A DNA stretch of 64,000 bases from Candidatus Poribacteria bacterium (GCA_965205015.1 OZ242029.1:384001-448000); one strand, 5' to 3'. Positions 10,287 to 21,038 are shown, counted from the first letter of the stretch. Notes: a model not told the origin generated them from the letters alone. A program made the numbers and translations.

Positions 10287-12071
10287 ATGGCTATCAAAAG
10301 AGGAAATTCCACGGATTCCTTTGAGGAGCAAAAAAACGGCGATGCTGTTTGGTATCAACAGCAAATTCGCACACTCCAAGGGACCATTGACATGCTCGAA
10401 GACGAACTTGCCAGCATGCGACAACAACAGCGTGCTGTATATGTCAAGGACCTTGAAACTCGACTCTATGAAATGCAGCGTGAGTTAATGACCGCACACC
10501 GGCGGAATAAGAAACTCACGAGCACGCTACAAGAGGCGAAAGAGAAACTGGAAATCCTCAAAGAAAAGGTCGCACAACTGAGCGCACCGCCCAATAACTA
10601 CGGAGTCTTCCTCGCTTCAAACGAAGACGGCACCGTCGATATCGACATCAGCGGTAGAAAATGGCGTGTCAATCTCGATCCGTCACTCAGGGATAAAGAC
10701 CTTGCAGTTGGACAAGAAGTTATTGTCAACAGCGGGATGAACGTTGTTAATATCAAAACTGCTGAAAAGCATGGCGATGTCGTCAAAATCAAAGAACGGA
10801 TCGCGACTGAACGTGCCATCGTGAGCCTCCGCACCGATGAAGAACGGGTCGTCAGAATAGCCGAATCTCTCAAAGAGGAACCCCTGAAAGCCGGAGATCA
10901 CGTCCTTCTCAACCATACGACCAGTATGCTGATGGAAAAACTTCCGAAACGAGAAGTCGAAGATCTGCTACTCGAAGAGGTACCAGACATTGGTTACGCC
11001 GATATCGGTGGACTTGATACGCAGATAGAAGCGATTCGCGATGCCATTGAATTACCATACCTGTATCCGAAGGAATACAAAGAATTTAATCTCTCGCCGC
11101 CGAAAGGGGTACTCCTTTACGGACCACCGGGGTGTGGTAAGACTTTGATAGCCCGCGCCGTTGCCAGCAGTATCGCTGAACGTGTCCGAAAAGAAACAGG
11201 CAGAGATGAGGTTCGCGGCTATTTCATTAACATCAAGGGACCCGAACTTTTAAATAAGTATGTCGGTGAAACGGAACGTAAAATCCGAGAAGTCTTCCAA
11301 AAAGCACGCGATAAATCGCGAGAAGGATTTCCGGTTATCATCTTCTTTGATGAAATGGACTCTCTGTTCCGATCGAGAGGCATGGGAATCTCATCGGATA
11401 TGGAATCAACGCTTGTGCCGCAGTTCCTCTCCGAAATTGATGGTGTTGAGAACCTTCGGGATGTCATTGTCATTGGCGCCAGCAATCGACAGGATCTCCT
11501 CGATCCGGCTGTTCTAAGACCCGGCAGGCTTGACGTGAAAATAAAAATTGATCGCCCCAATCTTGACGGCGCTAAAGACATCTTCTCCATATATCTGACG
11601 CCACATATTCCGTTCTCTGAAGAAACTTGTCAGCAGTTCGATGGAGATACCGAGGCGGCCGCGAAACACCTCATCAATGAAGCGGCAAATGACATGTACG
11701 CAACGACTGATGAAAATCGGTTCATCGAGGTAACTTACGCGCGTGGTGAACGGGAAACCCTCTTCTTTAAAGACTTTGTCAGTGGCGCAATGATCGAAAA
11801 CATCGTTTCACGTGCCAAGAAAACAGCAATTAAACGTTTTATCGGTTCTGACGGGATTGACAAAGGGATACGGCTTGAAGATCTCAGAGCAGCCATCCGA
11901 GAAGAATACCACGAAAATGAAGACCTTCCGAATACTACGAATCCTGATGATTGGGCAAAAATCTCGGGTAGGAAAGGTGAAAAGATCGTTAATATCCGTG
12001 CTTTGATTAATGAACCCATACAGGAGAAAAAACAGAATGTCCGGGTGACCCGAGGCGGTACATTCCTTTAA
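10287..12071 (+). CDS. arc: Proteasome-associated AAA ATPase (ARC/Mpa)
   Basis: N-terminal coiled coil, OB domains, GPPGCGKT, IIFFDEMD, NEDLPNTTNPDDWAKISG signature. Confidence 0.95.
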   Translation: MAIKRGNSTDSFEEQKNGDAVWYQQQIRTLQGTIDMLEDELASMRQQQRAVYVKDLETRLYEMQRELMTAHRRNKKLTSTLQEAKEKLEILKEKVAQLSAPPNNYGVFLASNEDGTVDIDISGRKWRVNLDPSLRDKDLAVGQEVIVNSGMNVVNIKTAEKHGDVVKIKERIATERAIVSLRTDEERVVRIAESLKEEPLKAGDHVLLNHTTSMLMEKLPKREVEDLLLEEVPDIGYADIGGLDTQIEAIRDAIELPYLYPKEYKEFNLSPPKGVLLYGPPGCGKTLIARAVASSIAERVRKETGRDEVRGYFINIKGPELLNKYVGETERKIREVFQKARDKSREGFPVIIFFDEMDSLFRSRGMGISSDMESTLVPQFLSEIDGVENLRDVIVIGASNRQDLLDPAVLRPGRLDVKIKIDRPNLDGAKDIFSIYLTPHIPFSEETCQQFDGDTEAAAKHLINEAANDMYATTDENRFIEVTYARGERETLFFKDFVSGAMIENIVSRAKKTAIKRFIGSDGIDKGIRLEDLRAAIREEYHENEDLPNTTNPDDWAKISGRKGEKIVNIRALINEPIQEKKQNVRVTRGGTFL

Positions 12072-12153
12072 TAGTTCTCGGTTCTCGGTCATCGGTTAAG
12101 CGGTTTCCGTTTAACAAATCGCTCTTTAACTGACAACTGATAACTGATAACCC
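12072..12153. repeat. Heptamer-periodic inverted intergenic repeat
   Basis: GTTCTCGGTTCTCGGTCATCGGTT left arm, AACTGACAACTGATAACTGATAAC right arm; related copies at about 14814-14855 and 27385-27510. Confidence 0.7.
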
Positions 12154-12161
12154 ATAAAAAC

Positions 12162-13673
12162 ATGGAAATACCAATCATAATGGGAACAGAGACTGAGTAC
12201 GGTATCTCAGTCAAAAACGCCCGCGAGCAGGATCCGGTTGCTGCTTCCACCTTGGTAGTGAACGCCTATAAAACTTCAAGGGGTGATATTCCGAGCGCGA
12301 GTGCCGCTGTCACGTGGGATTATGAACAAGAAAGTCCGTTGATGGACGCTCGGGGGTTTCTTGCTGAGGCAGAAACACCTATCAGCGAGGCAGACACAAA
12401 TAGCGCCGTCAATGATATATTGATAAACGGGGGGCGTTATTATGTCGACCATGCCCATCCGGAGTATTGCACGCCAGAATGTGCCAACGCCCGCGACCTA
12501 CTTCTCTACGAAAAGGCGGGCGAATTAATATTGGAAGTCAGCAGGGTAACAGCTGAACGGCTTTTGCTTGACAACCAAGAAATTATCATCTATAAAAATA
12601 ATACAGATTACAAAGGGCACAGTTACGGTTCCCATGAAAACTATCTCATGTCCCGTAAAGTGCCGTTTGATGCCATTGTTGATGGGTTAACCCCGTTCCT
12701 CGTTACCCGTATTATTATCACAGGCAGCGGCAAAGTCGGTGCAGAAAACGGAAGTAACGAAACAGATTATCAGATTTCTCAACGCGCCGATTTTTTTGAG
12801 AAAGAGGTAGGCCTCAGCACGATGGTGAATCGGCCTCTGATTAACACGCGCGATGAACCCCATGCTGACGATAAAACCTATCGACGTTTGCACGTCATCG
12901 TCGGCGATTCCAACATGTCCGAACTCAGCATCTATCTCAAAGTTGGCATGACTTCCATCGTGCTTCAGTTGATTGAGAAAGGGGTTGTCGGCAAAAAATT
13001 CAACTTAAAGGATCCCGTCGCGGCGATAAAAAGTATTTCACGAGACCTTTCGTGCAAAAATCAGATAGAACTTGCCGATGGAGAGCAGTGGACGCCAATA
13101 CAGGTCCAGCGTGCGTACCTCAAACTCGCGCAACACCATCTCACAGCCGAGGAGCGGACCCCCGTCGTTGAAGATGTCCTCGAAAAATGGCAATATGTGC
13201 TTGACAACTTAGAAATCAATCCGATGCGGCTCAGCCAACACCTCGACTGGGTCATTAAAAAGAAATTAATAGAGGCGTATCGCAAACGACACGGATACCA
13301 ATGGACGGACGCGCATGTCCAGATGCTTGACTTACAGTATCACGATATCCGCCCAGACAAAGGACTCTATATTAGACTGCTGAAAAATGGACATGTGAAA
13401 CGGTTGCTCAGTCATGAAGAAATTGTGCACGCAATGCGCTATCCGCCTGTGGATACCCGCGCATATTTTCGTGGCACCTGTTTACGGAAGTTTCCAAAGC
13501 ACATTTATAGTGCCAGTTGGAACTCAATGATTTTTATCGGTAAATCCGGGGGACTCGATAAAATTATGATGGATCGTCCCCATTTCGGCACACAAAAGAT
13601 CGTTGGCGAATTGCTGAATAACTGCACAGCAGAAGAACTCGTTAAAGAACTCCAAGGCAATTCTTCAAAATAG
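12162..13673 (+). CDS. dop: Pup deamidase/depupylase Dop
   Basis: GTETEYGI, Dop loop WDY, NGGRYYVDHAHPEY, NTRDEPHAD, RRLHVIVGDSN. Confidence 0.93.
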   Translation: MEIPIIMGTETEYGISVKNAREQDPVAASTLVVNAYKTSRGDIPSASAAVTWDYEQESPLMDARGFLAEAETPISEADTNSAVNDILINGGRYYVDHAHPEYCTPECANARDLLLYEKAGELILEVSRVTAERLLLDNQEIIIYKNNTDYKGHSYGSHENYLMSRKVPFDAIVDGLTPFLVTRIIITGSGKVGAENGSNETDYQISQRADFFEKEVGLSTMVNRPLINTRDEPHADDKTYRRLHVIVGDSNMSELSIYLKVGMTSIVLQLIEKGVVGKKFNLKDPVAAIKSISRDLSCKNQIELADGEQWTPIQVQRAYLKLAQHHLTAEERTPVVEDVLEKWQYVLDNLEINPMRLSQHLDWVIKKKLIEAYRKRHGYQWTDAHVQMLDLQYHDIRPDKGLYIRLLKNGHVKRLLSHEEIVHAMRYPPVDTRAYFRGTCLRKFPKHIYSASWNSMIFIGKSGGLDKIMMDRPHFGTQKIVGELLNNCTAEELVKELQGNSSK

Positions 13674-13821
13674 CCATCGGTTTCCGTCAGGATGCTACGC
13701 TTTTAGGGGTCAGCAGAATAGCGGAACCGTTAGCAAGAGACTGGCGTGGAAGAACGGAAGGATGGAAACGTGGGTTCTCACCCTTCCATCTGAAAGTCGA
13801 TAACTATAAAAGGAGAAAATC

Positions 13822-14019
13822 ATGTCTACTGAAAAACGACAAGACCAGGTCAATCACCCTGTCGATGAAACCGAAGAGATTGAACTGAATGTCGAATCGA
13901 GCGAAATGGACGAGGAGTTCGTCGAAGACTTAGACTCACTTCTTGACGAAATCGATGAAATTCTGGAAGAAGATTCACAGGAATTCGTCGAAAACTATAT
14001 CCAACGAGGAGGGCAGTAG
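13822..14019 (+). CDS. pup: Prokaryotic ubiquitin-like protein Pup
   Basis: 65 aa acidic protein, DLDSLLDEIDEILEE..EFVENYIQRGGQ terminus, AGGAG RBS, located between dop and prcB. Confidence 0.95.
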   Translation: MSTEKRQDQVNHPVDETEEIELNVESSEMDEEFVEDLDSLLDEIDEILEEDSQEFVENYIQRGGQ

Positions 14020-14021
14020 GA

Positions 14022-14816
14022 GTGCTTGACCTCGATGATTATGGCACTTCTGACTTTCTCCAAATCCTTCAGCGTCGCCACCCTGAATTATTGGCGATGT
14101 CCAATTCGTCTGAGGCCGTCTCAAGTGCCCACATACCCGAGTCGTCATTGCGTTCTTACGAAGGCACAACCGTTTTAGCGCTTGTTTACAATGCGGGCGT
14201 CATTATGGCTGGCGACCGGCAGGCAACAGAAGGGTATCAGGTCGGAGAGCGGCGAATTCAGAAAGTCTATCCAGTGGATCGGCACTCGGCGATCGCCGTC
14301 GCGGGTGCCGCGGGTCCCTGTATTGAGATGGCGAAGCTCTTCCAAGTTGAGGTCGAATTTTACGAAAAGACGGAAGGGACGAGCCTCAGTCTTGAAGGTC
14401 AAGCAAATTTCCTCTCGCACTTGGTTCGCTCTAACTTAGGACTTGCCATGCAGGGCTTAATTGTCTTGCCACTCTTCGCCGGTTACGACTTGAAACGGCA
14501 ACGCGGTAGAATTTTCAAATACGATGCTGTCGGCGGTCGTTATGAGGAAGACGACTATTACGCAATCGGTTCCGGTGGTAAGGATGCCCGGACAACCCTA
14601 AAAAAACGGTACACCCCAGAGATCACGCGGCAAGCGGCATTAGAGAGTGTCGCGGAAGCACTCTGGGACGCTGCCGATGAAGATATCGCAACAGGCGGTC
14701 CTGATCTCATCCGGAAAATTTTCCCAACGCTTTACACTATTACCGAAGAAGGAGTCGCCGAGATTCCTGAGGCCACCGTAGAAGAACTATACCGGGACCT
14801 CATATCGCGCTTGTAG
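14022..14816 (+). CDS. prcB: 20S proteasome beta subunit
   Basis: Propeptide followed by G|TTVLAL catalytic Thr; AGDRQAT, GSGG, D..TGG. Confidence 0.95.
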   Translation: MLDLDDYGTSDFLQILQRRHPELLAMSNSSEAVSSAHIPESSLRSYEGTTVLALVYNAGVIMAGDRQATEGYQVGERRIQKVYPVDRHSAIAVAGAAGPCIEMAKLFQVEVEFYEKTEGTSLSLEGQANFLSHLVRSNLGLAMQGLIVLPLFAGYDLKRQRGRIFKYDAVGGRYEEDDYYAIGSGGKDARTTLKKRYTPEITRQAALESVAEALWDAADEDIATGGPDLIRKIFPTLYTITEEGVAEIPEATVEELYRDLISRL

Positions 14817-14910
14817 TTATCAGTTATCGGTCTCTGGTTATCGGTCACAAGAGGGTCTTGTTAAACGTAGGACTTACGCAATTTGCTGATGCGTACCTGT
14901 AACTCACACG

Positions 14911-14938
14911 CTGCTGGCGAGGTTTCCTAACCTCGCCA
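14911..14938. repeat. REP-like palindrome, identical to 29652-29679
   Basis: CTGCTGGCGAGGTTTCCTAACCTCGCCA occurs twice. Confidence 0.85.
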
Positions 14939-15011
14939 CATGACAGCGTGTAAACTTAATTATGGATTTACGATAAAAAAACAGTCCAGGAGTTTAATAG
15001 TTTAAAAAAAC

Positions 15012-15731
15012 ATGTCCACACCTTATTATGTTTCACCGGAACAGATCCGTCAGGATAAAGAGGATTTCGTGCATCGCGGCATCGCACAGGCGAAAGAGGT
15101 CGTCGTCTTAGAATTCCGGGATGGACTCCTGATGGTTGCCGAGAATCCACGCAAAACGACCTTTAAAATTTCCGAAATTTATGACAGGATTGCCCTGGCT
15201 GCGGCAGGTAGAATCGCTGAATATGAGGCATTACGCGTCGCTGGCATTCGCGAATCTGAAATTAAAGGGTTCCGCTACTACCGTGAAGATGTCACCGCGA
15301 AATGGCTGACGAACCTCTATTCACAGCACATGGGAGCCGTCGCACAAGCATGGGACGCGAAACCCTTGGAGATCGAACTCCTCGTATGTGAGGTAGGAAG
15401 CACCGATGCCGCAATAAACTCCCAGACGCAGAGAAATCAGATTTACCATATCGCCTTTGATGGCATCTATTCGGAAGAGGAAAAATACGCCGTTATTGGG
15501 GGGCGCGCCACGACGATCACCGAAATTTTGGAGCAGAGATATACAGAGGGTTTGGAGATATCAGCAGCACTGCAATTGGTAACAGAAACCTTTCAAACCG
15601 TTGAAGCAGACACCGAAGATGACTATGAAATCACACCGGAAACGATAGAAGTTGCATGTCTTGAACGAACCGCCGAACGCCGAAAATTTCGACGACTCTC
15701 TACTGAGGCAGTGACAAGGTTGTTATCCTGA
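15012..15731 (+). CDS. prcA: 20S proteasome alpha subunit
   Basis: MSTPYYVSPEQ, KISEIYDRIA, EVACLER..RKFRR actinobacterial-type motifs. Confidence 0.95.
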   Translation: MSTPYYVSPEQIRQDKEDFVHRGIAQAKEVVVLEFRDGLLMVAENPRKTTFKISEIYDRIALAAAGRIAEYEALRVAGIRESEIKGFRYYREDVTAKWLTNLYSQHMGAVAQAWDAKPLEIELLVCEVGSTDAAINSQTQRNQIYHIAFDGIYSEEEKYAVIGGRATTITEILEQRYTEGLEISAALQLVTETFQTVEADTEDDYEITPETIEVACLERTAERRKFRRLSTEAVTRLLS

Positions 15732-15764
15732 TTTTTGCTGTAGGGCTACGCGTAGGGTCCAAAG

Positions 15765-15855
15765 ATCATAAGCCCAAGCAACGCACCGGGCGGATATACG
15801 GAGAGAATATTTCTCGAAAAAAACGGCTGACCGAACCGCAAGGTAAATTAAAAAA
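15765..15855 (+). repeat. Gene-start repeat, diverged copy ending at the pafA ATG
   Basis: CTGACCGAACCGCAAGGTAAATTAAAAAA|ATG matches the reverse complement of 46336-46365. Confidence 0.7.
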
Positions 15856-17214
15856 ATGAAACGTAGAATTTACGGATTAGAAACTGAATTCGGAATCATC
15901 TGGACCCCTGATGCCCCGCGTAGAAAGACACTCACCGTTCAGAACGTCGTGATGTACCTCTTCCGTGAAATCGTTGCTGGGAGAATGTATCCCGATGTCT
16001 TCCTTGAAAACGGTGCAAGGTTCTACCAAGACATCGGATGCCACCCGGAATACGCGACCCCTGAATGCGATGATGTCACCGAACTCGTCGCTCACGATAA
16101 AGCCGGCGAACGCATCATCACACGGCTCGCCAGCACGGCGGAACGGCGCATGCGCAACGACGGGTTCTATGGAAAAATCTCTATCTTTAAAAACAACTTG
16201 GATACCCCCGGAAATACTTATGGATGCCACGAAAATTATTTGATGGAGCGACATGTCGATTTCCGTCAGCTGGCATCTCAGTTGATCCCGTTCTTTGTAA
16301 CCCGACAGGTTTTCGCAGGTGCCGGAAAAATCAAACCGAGTCATCGGGGTTACTACGCAATTTCGCAACGTGCCGAACACATCCGAGAGGAAATTTCTAT
16401 CGGTACCACAACGGCACGCGGGATTATCAACACACGCGACGAACCCCACGCCGACCGAGAGAAATACAGACGCCTACACGTGATCGTCGGAGATTCCAAT
16501 ATGTCCGAATTTTCGACTTTTTTGAAGGTGGGTACAACCGGTATTATCCTCCGCATGATTGAAGACAACTTTATTGAGCAGCGATTCGCGCTCCGCAATC
16601 CCGTCAAAGCGATCCGTGATATTTCCGACGATACGACATGTACACATCCCATCGAACTCCAAAACGGGAAGCGACTCACGGCTGTCGAACTCCAATGGCA
16701 ATATTTAGAATGCGCAAAACGATATCTCGAACACGCGGAATCCGACTCAACGACGAACCAAGTGATGGCACGCTGGGAGTACGTCCTGACATGTTTGGAA
16801 AGCGATCCGATGCAGTTGGACAGAGAATTGGATTGGGTGATTAAGTGGAAGTGGCTGCAGACCTACCTCACAAAGCGTGAACTTGAATGGGATGCCCCGC
16901 AAGTAAAACACTTAGATTTAAAATACCACAACGTGCGTCGGGGGGAAAGTCTCTACTACGCCCTTGAAAATCGGTCAGAAACCGAGCGAATTGTTAGAGA
17001 TGAGCAGATTCGCCATGCTGAGCAATTTCCACCTGAACGGACCCGAGCGAAATTCCGAGGCAAGTTTATCAAGAAAGTTAACGAGGGCAAAGTCCTGTGC
17101 GGTGTCAATTGGAGCTACATTCAACTTTATGAACCGTATCAGATCCTTTACCTCTCAACAGATCCTTTTAAACCCGAGTTTGACGAAGCAAGTCGAACAA
17201 TTTATTCAATCTAA
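15856..17214 (+). CDS. pafA: Pup--protein ligase PafA
   Basis: RRIYGLETEFG, FLENGARFY.D.G.HPEYATPECD, no Dop loop, last gene of the operon. Confidence 0.95.
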   Translation: MKRRIYGLETEFGIIWTPDAPRRKTLTVQNVVMYLFREIVAGRMYPDVFLENGARFYQDIGCHPEYATPECDDVTELVAHDKAGERIITRLASTAERRMRNDGFYGKISIFKNNLDTPGNTYGCHENYLMERHVDFRQLASQLIPFFVTRQVFAGAGKIKPSHRGYYAISQRAEHIREEISIGTTTARGIINTRDEPHADREKYRRLHVIVGDSNMSEFSTFLKVGTTGIILRMIEDNFIEQRFALRNPVKAIRDISDDTTCTHPIELQNGKRLTAVELQWQYLECAKRYLEHAESDSTTNQVMARWEYVLTCLESDPMQLDRELDWVIKWKWLQTYLTKRELEWDAPQVKHLDLKYHNVRRGESLYYALENRSETERIVRDEQIRHAEQFPPERTRAKFRGKFIKKVNEGKVLCGVNWSYIQLYEPYQILYLSTDPFKPEFDEASRTIYSI

Positions 17215-17374
17215 AGGGTTGTCGGTCTTCAATAAGTCTGTAAAGTGTTCTAAAATGCCTAAAGTCTGTAAAGTTTCAAGAGATGTTTGACCATCCAAGT
17301 GCCTTTTACAACTTTAGGCACTTGCAAACTTTCTGATTCACTGAAAACTGATAACCAATAATAGGAGGCTTTTG

Positions 17375-20008
17375 ATGTCACAACCAAAGTATGTCTACTT
17401 CTTTGGAGGCGGTGAAAGCGAAGGTAACGCCACAATGCGCACATTGCTTGGCGGAAAAGGGGCGAACCTCGCAGAGATGAGCAATCTCGGCGTACCTGTC
17501 CCACCGGGTTTCACCATCTCCACTGAGGTTTGCAAATTATACTACGAAAACGATAAACAGTACCCCGCTGGACTCGACGCACAGATCGATGAGAATCTTG
17601 TAAAATTAGAAGCCGCACTCGATGCGAAGTTCGGTGATACCGAAAATCCACTCTTGCTCTCTGTCCGTTCTGGAGCCGCCGTCTCAATGCCCGGTATGAT
17701 GGACACGATTCTCAACCTCGGCTTAAATGATGATGCCGTTCAAGGACTTATCGCTAGATCTGAAAACGAACGTTTTGCTTATGATTCATACCGGCGCTTC
17801 GTCCAGATGTTCGGAAACGTTGTCCTTGATGTCGATCACGATGCATTTGAACATCTACTTGAAGAAAAGAAAAAGGCGAAAGGTGTTACATTAGATACCG
17901 AATTAGAAGCCGACGACTTAGCGGCACTCGTCGATGAATTCAAGAACGCCGTCAAACAGCGGACAGGTAGCGATTTTCCTGATGAACCCCGGAAGCAATT
18001 AGACATGGCACGAGACGCCGTTTTTGAATCCTCTGGAAACCCGCGCGCCATTACCTACCGCCGTCTCAACGATATTTCTGAAGAACTTGGCCGCACGGCT
18101 GTCAACGTCCAAGCCATGGTGTTCGGAAATATGGGCGGAACCTCCGGTTCAGGAGTCGCTTTTACGCGTAACCCCTCGACGGGCGCGAACCAATTTTACG
18201 GCGAATTCCTCATTAATGCCCAGGGTGAAGACGTAGTGGCGGGTATCCGTACCCCGCTGCCAGTCGCCGAATTGAGAAACATCTTGCCGGATGCGTATAA
18301 TGAATTGGTCGATATCGGGTTGCGGCTTGAGAAGCATTACACCGACATGCAGGATGTGGAATTTACGATTCAAGACAGCAAACTCTATATGCTCCAAACC
18401 CGTAACGGAAAACGCACAGGTCAAGCCGCTGTCCGTATCGCTGTTGAGATGGTTGAGGAAGGTTTGATTGACAAACAGACTGCCTTGACACGCGTCCCGG
18501 CGAACGACTTGGATCAGTTGTTGCATCCAAGTGTTGACCCAGCGGCAGAAGTTGAGGTTATCGCCCAAGGCTTACCGGCTTCCCCAGGGGCAGCTGTAGG
18601 GAAGGTCGTCTTCACTGCGCTACACGCCGAAGAACTTGCCGCCGCTGGAGAGAAGGTCATTCTCGTCCGCACTGAAACATCACCGGAAGACATTGGTGGC
18701 ATGGATGCCGCTGAGGGCATACTCACCGCACGCGGGGGTATGACAAGTCACGCCGCCGTCGTCGCACGCGGTATGGGAAAATCGTGTGTTGCAGGTTGCT
18801 CTGCTCTGTTTATCAATGAAGGGGCATTGGAATTTTATGCCGAAGGGAAACGCTACGCTGAAGGCGATTACATCACACTTAACGGATCCACTGGCGATGT
18901 CCTGAGTGGACAAGTGGCACTCATCCAACCGGAATTGAGTGGACAATTCGGAACGCTCATGGAGTGGGCAGACGAAGTCCGATCGTTAGGGGTCCGCACG
19001 AATGCGGATACTCCCGAAGATGCCACAAATGCCAGACAATTCGGGGCAGAAGGCATCGGACTCTGCCGAACCGAGCACATGTTCTTCGGCGCAGGGATTG
19101 ATGCCATCCGTGAAATGATTCTCGCTGATGAGACAGCAGAACGCGAAGCAGCGTTGGCGAAACTGCTCCCGCATCAACGCTCAGACTTCATCGGTATCTT
19201 TGAGGCAATGGCAGGCTATCCGGTCACGATCCGGACGCTCGATCCGCCGCTTCACGAGTTCTTACCAAAAAACGAAGCCGAAATCCTTGAACTCGCAGCG
19301 CGAATTAACATTGAACCCCAAAAACTCCGTGAGCGGGTTGAAGAATTACACGAATTCAATCCGATGCTTGGACACCGTGGATGTAGACTCGGGATTGTCT
19401 ATCCAGAAATCACCGAAATGCAAGCCCGCGCGATCTTTGAAGCCGCTGTTGATGTCTCAAAACGGGGTATCACTGTGTTGCCAGAGATTATGATCCCGCT
19501 CGTTGGGCACATCAACGAATTATCCCTACAGCGCGAAGTCGTCGTGGATACTGCTGAAGCCGTCTTCAAGGAATCAGGCACCCGCGTCGAGTATCTTATC
19601 GGCACGATGATCGAATTGCCCCGCGCAGCACTCACGGCTGATAAAATCGCCGCCGAAGCCGAGTTTTTCTCCTACGGCACCAACGACCTCACTCAGACGA
19701 CCTTCGGGATGAGCCGTGACGACGCAGCAAAATTCCTCGATGACTACGTCAGAAACGGCGTGCTTGAATACGACCCGTTCCAGGTTCTGGACCAAGATGG
19801 TGTCGGTAGTCTCCTGCAAATCGGTTCCGAAAAAGGGCGCGCCACACGTCCCGACCTGAAAGTCGGTATCTGCGGTGAACACGGCGGCGAACCGCATTCT
19901 GTGAAGTTCTGTCACGGATTAGAATTCGATTACGTATCGTGTTCCCCGTTCCGTGTGCCGATTGCCCGTCTCGCTGCAGCACAGGCTGTGATTGAGACTG
20001 ACGCTTAA
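17375..20008 (+). CDS. ppdK: Pyruvate, phosphate dikinase
   Basis: [49 protein letters not shown]. Confidence 0.98.
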   Translation: MSQPKYVYFFGGGESEGNATMRTLLGGKGANLAEMSNLGVPVPPGFTISTEVCKLYYENDKQYPAGLDAQIDENLVKLEAALDAKFGDTENPLLLSVRSGAAVSMPGMMDTILNLGLNDDAVQGLIARSENERFAYDSYRRFVQMFGNVVLDVDHDAFEHLLEEKKKAKGVTLDTELEADDLAALVDEFKNAVKQRTGSDFPDEPRKQLDMARDAVFESSGNPRAITYRRLNDISEELGRTAVNVQAMVFGNMGGTSGSGVAFTRNPSTGANQFYGEFLINAQGEDVVAGIRTPLPVAELRNILPDAYNELVDIGLRLEKHYTDMQDVEFTIQDSKLYMLQTRNGKRTGQAAVRIAVEMVEEGLIDKQTALTRVPANDLDQLLHPSVDPAAEVEVIAQGLPASPGAAVGKVVFTALHAEELAAAGEKVILVRTETSPEDIGGMDAAEGILTARGGMTSHAAVVARGMGKSCVAGCSALFINEGALEFYAEGKRYAEGDYITLNGSTGDVLSGQVALIQPELSGQFGTLMEWADEVRSLGVRTNADTPEDATNARQFGAEGIGLCRTEHMFFGAGIDAIREMILADETAEREAALAKLLPHQRSDFIGIFEAMAGYPVTIRTLDPPLHEFLPKNEAEILELAARINIEPQKLRERVEELHEFNPMLGHRGCRLGIVYPEITEMQARAIFEAAVDVSKRGITVLPEIMIPLVGHINELSLQREVVVDTAEAVFKESGTRVEYLIGTMIELPRAALTADKIAAEAEFFSYGTNDLTQTTFGMSRDDAAKFLDDYVRNGVLEYDPFQVLDQDGVGSLLQIGSEKGRATRPDLKVGICGEHGGEPHSVKFCHGLEFDYVSCSPFRVPIARLAAAQAVIETDA

Positions 20009-20019
20009 AGTATCGCGAG

Positions 20020-20045
20020 GGAGGCGCGCTTTAAAGCGCGCCTCC
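20020..20045. repeat. Perfect 26-bp palindrome after ppdK
   Basis: GGAGGCGCGCTTTAAAGCGCGCCTCC. Confidence 0.7.
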
Positions 20046-20077
20046 TTACACAAACTCACAGCGGAAGGAGAAAAAAA

Positions 20078-20392
20078 ATGTCAGATCAGGATTTCCAAGA
20101 GCGAGTTTTTGAATATTTCGCTCGGCTTGAAGAGCAACGCAGGGAAGACAACCAACGGCTTGAAGAGCAACGCAGAGAAGACAACCAGCGAATCGAAAAA
20201 CGACTGGACGCGATAGAGGTACAAGTTTCTGAGAATGCGAAGAGTATCGGTGCCCTGGCGGTTGATGTTGGATGGATCAAAGGGAAACTGGAGGCGAAGC
20301 GCGAAGGCGGGACAGCCCTATTGAGCAAAATTGCAGTCGGAACAGCAATTTGCTCCGCAATTATTGCACTGATCGCTCTTTTCCTCAACTAA
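20078..20392 (+). CDS. Small coiled-coil protein with C-terminal membrane anchor
   Basis: AAGGAG RBS, RLEEQRREDNQ x2, hydrophobic C-terminus. Confidence 0.75.
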   Translation: MSDQDFQERVFEYFARLEEQRREDNQRLEEQRREDNQRIEKRLDAIEVQVSENAKSIGALAVDVGWIKGKLEAKREGGTALLSKIAVGTAICSAIIALIALFLN

Positions 20393-20413
20393 TGGCACCT
20401 TAAAAATAAAAAA

Positions 20414-20983
20414 ATGAATACACAAACAACGCACCAATTCTCGCACGAAGAACTCCCTCCTGAAATCGCTAAGATGACGTTGGAGGAATTCCTGGAAAGC
20501 GATTTAGAGGGATACGAATACATTAAAGGAGAATTAATACCGGTGCCACCTACATCAATGGAACATGGTGATATTAGTGCAGATCTGTTTTGGTTTTTAA
20601 GCCTGCATGTTCGTGAAAATCAATTAGGACGCGTTTATATGCCAGACACAGGTTTCCGAGTTGGTGAACGTGTGCTGATGCCCGATATCGCGTTTCTTTC
20701 AAACGAACATTTACCTGATGATCGGAGCAAAGCATCTCCGGTTCCACCAGACCTCGCCGTTGAAGTGGTTTCTCGAACAGATATAGAATATCAGATTGAG
20801 GAAAAAGCATTTGCTTATCTTGAAGCAGGCACACAGTTGGTATGGGTGCTGAAGCCTGTGTCTAAAACAGTAACAGTTTACCGTTCAGAGGTGGACATCA
20901 CGTTACTTACGCGGAATGATACCCTCACCGGTGAGAACGTTATTGAGGGATTCTCCTGTCAAGTTGCAGAACTTTTTGAGTAG
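20414..20983 (+). CDS. Uma2-family putative endonuclease
   Basis: YEYIKGEL, PDIAF, PPDLAVEVVS, YLEAGTQLVWV. Confidence 0.9.
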   Translation: MNTQTTHQFSHEELPPEIAKMTLEEFLESDLEGYEYIKGELIPVPPTSMEHGDISADLFWFLSLHVRENQLGRVYMPDTGFRVGERVLMPDIAFLSNEHLPDDRSKASPVPPDLAVEVVSRTDIEYQIEEKAFAYLEAGTQLVWVLKPVSKTVTVYRSEVDITLLTRNDTLTGENVIEGFSCQVAELFE

Positions 20984-21038
20984 GACAAAGTAGCAGGCAC
21001 AGTCTCTGTGCCGTCAGCATTGAAAAGGACAACACATA

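Noticed and set aside
20120-20190. 33-bp tandem repeat as a regulatory array
   Set aside because: It is an in-frame coiled-coil repeat (RLEEQRREDNQ) within a small CDS.
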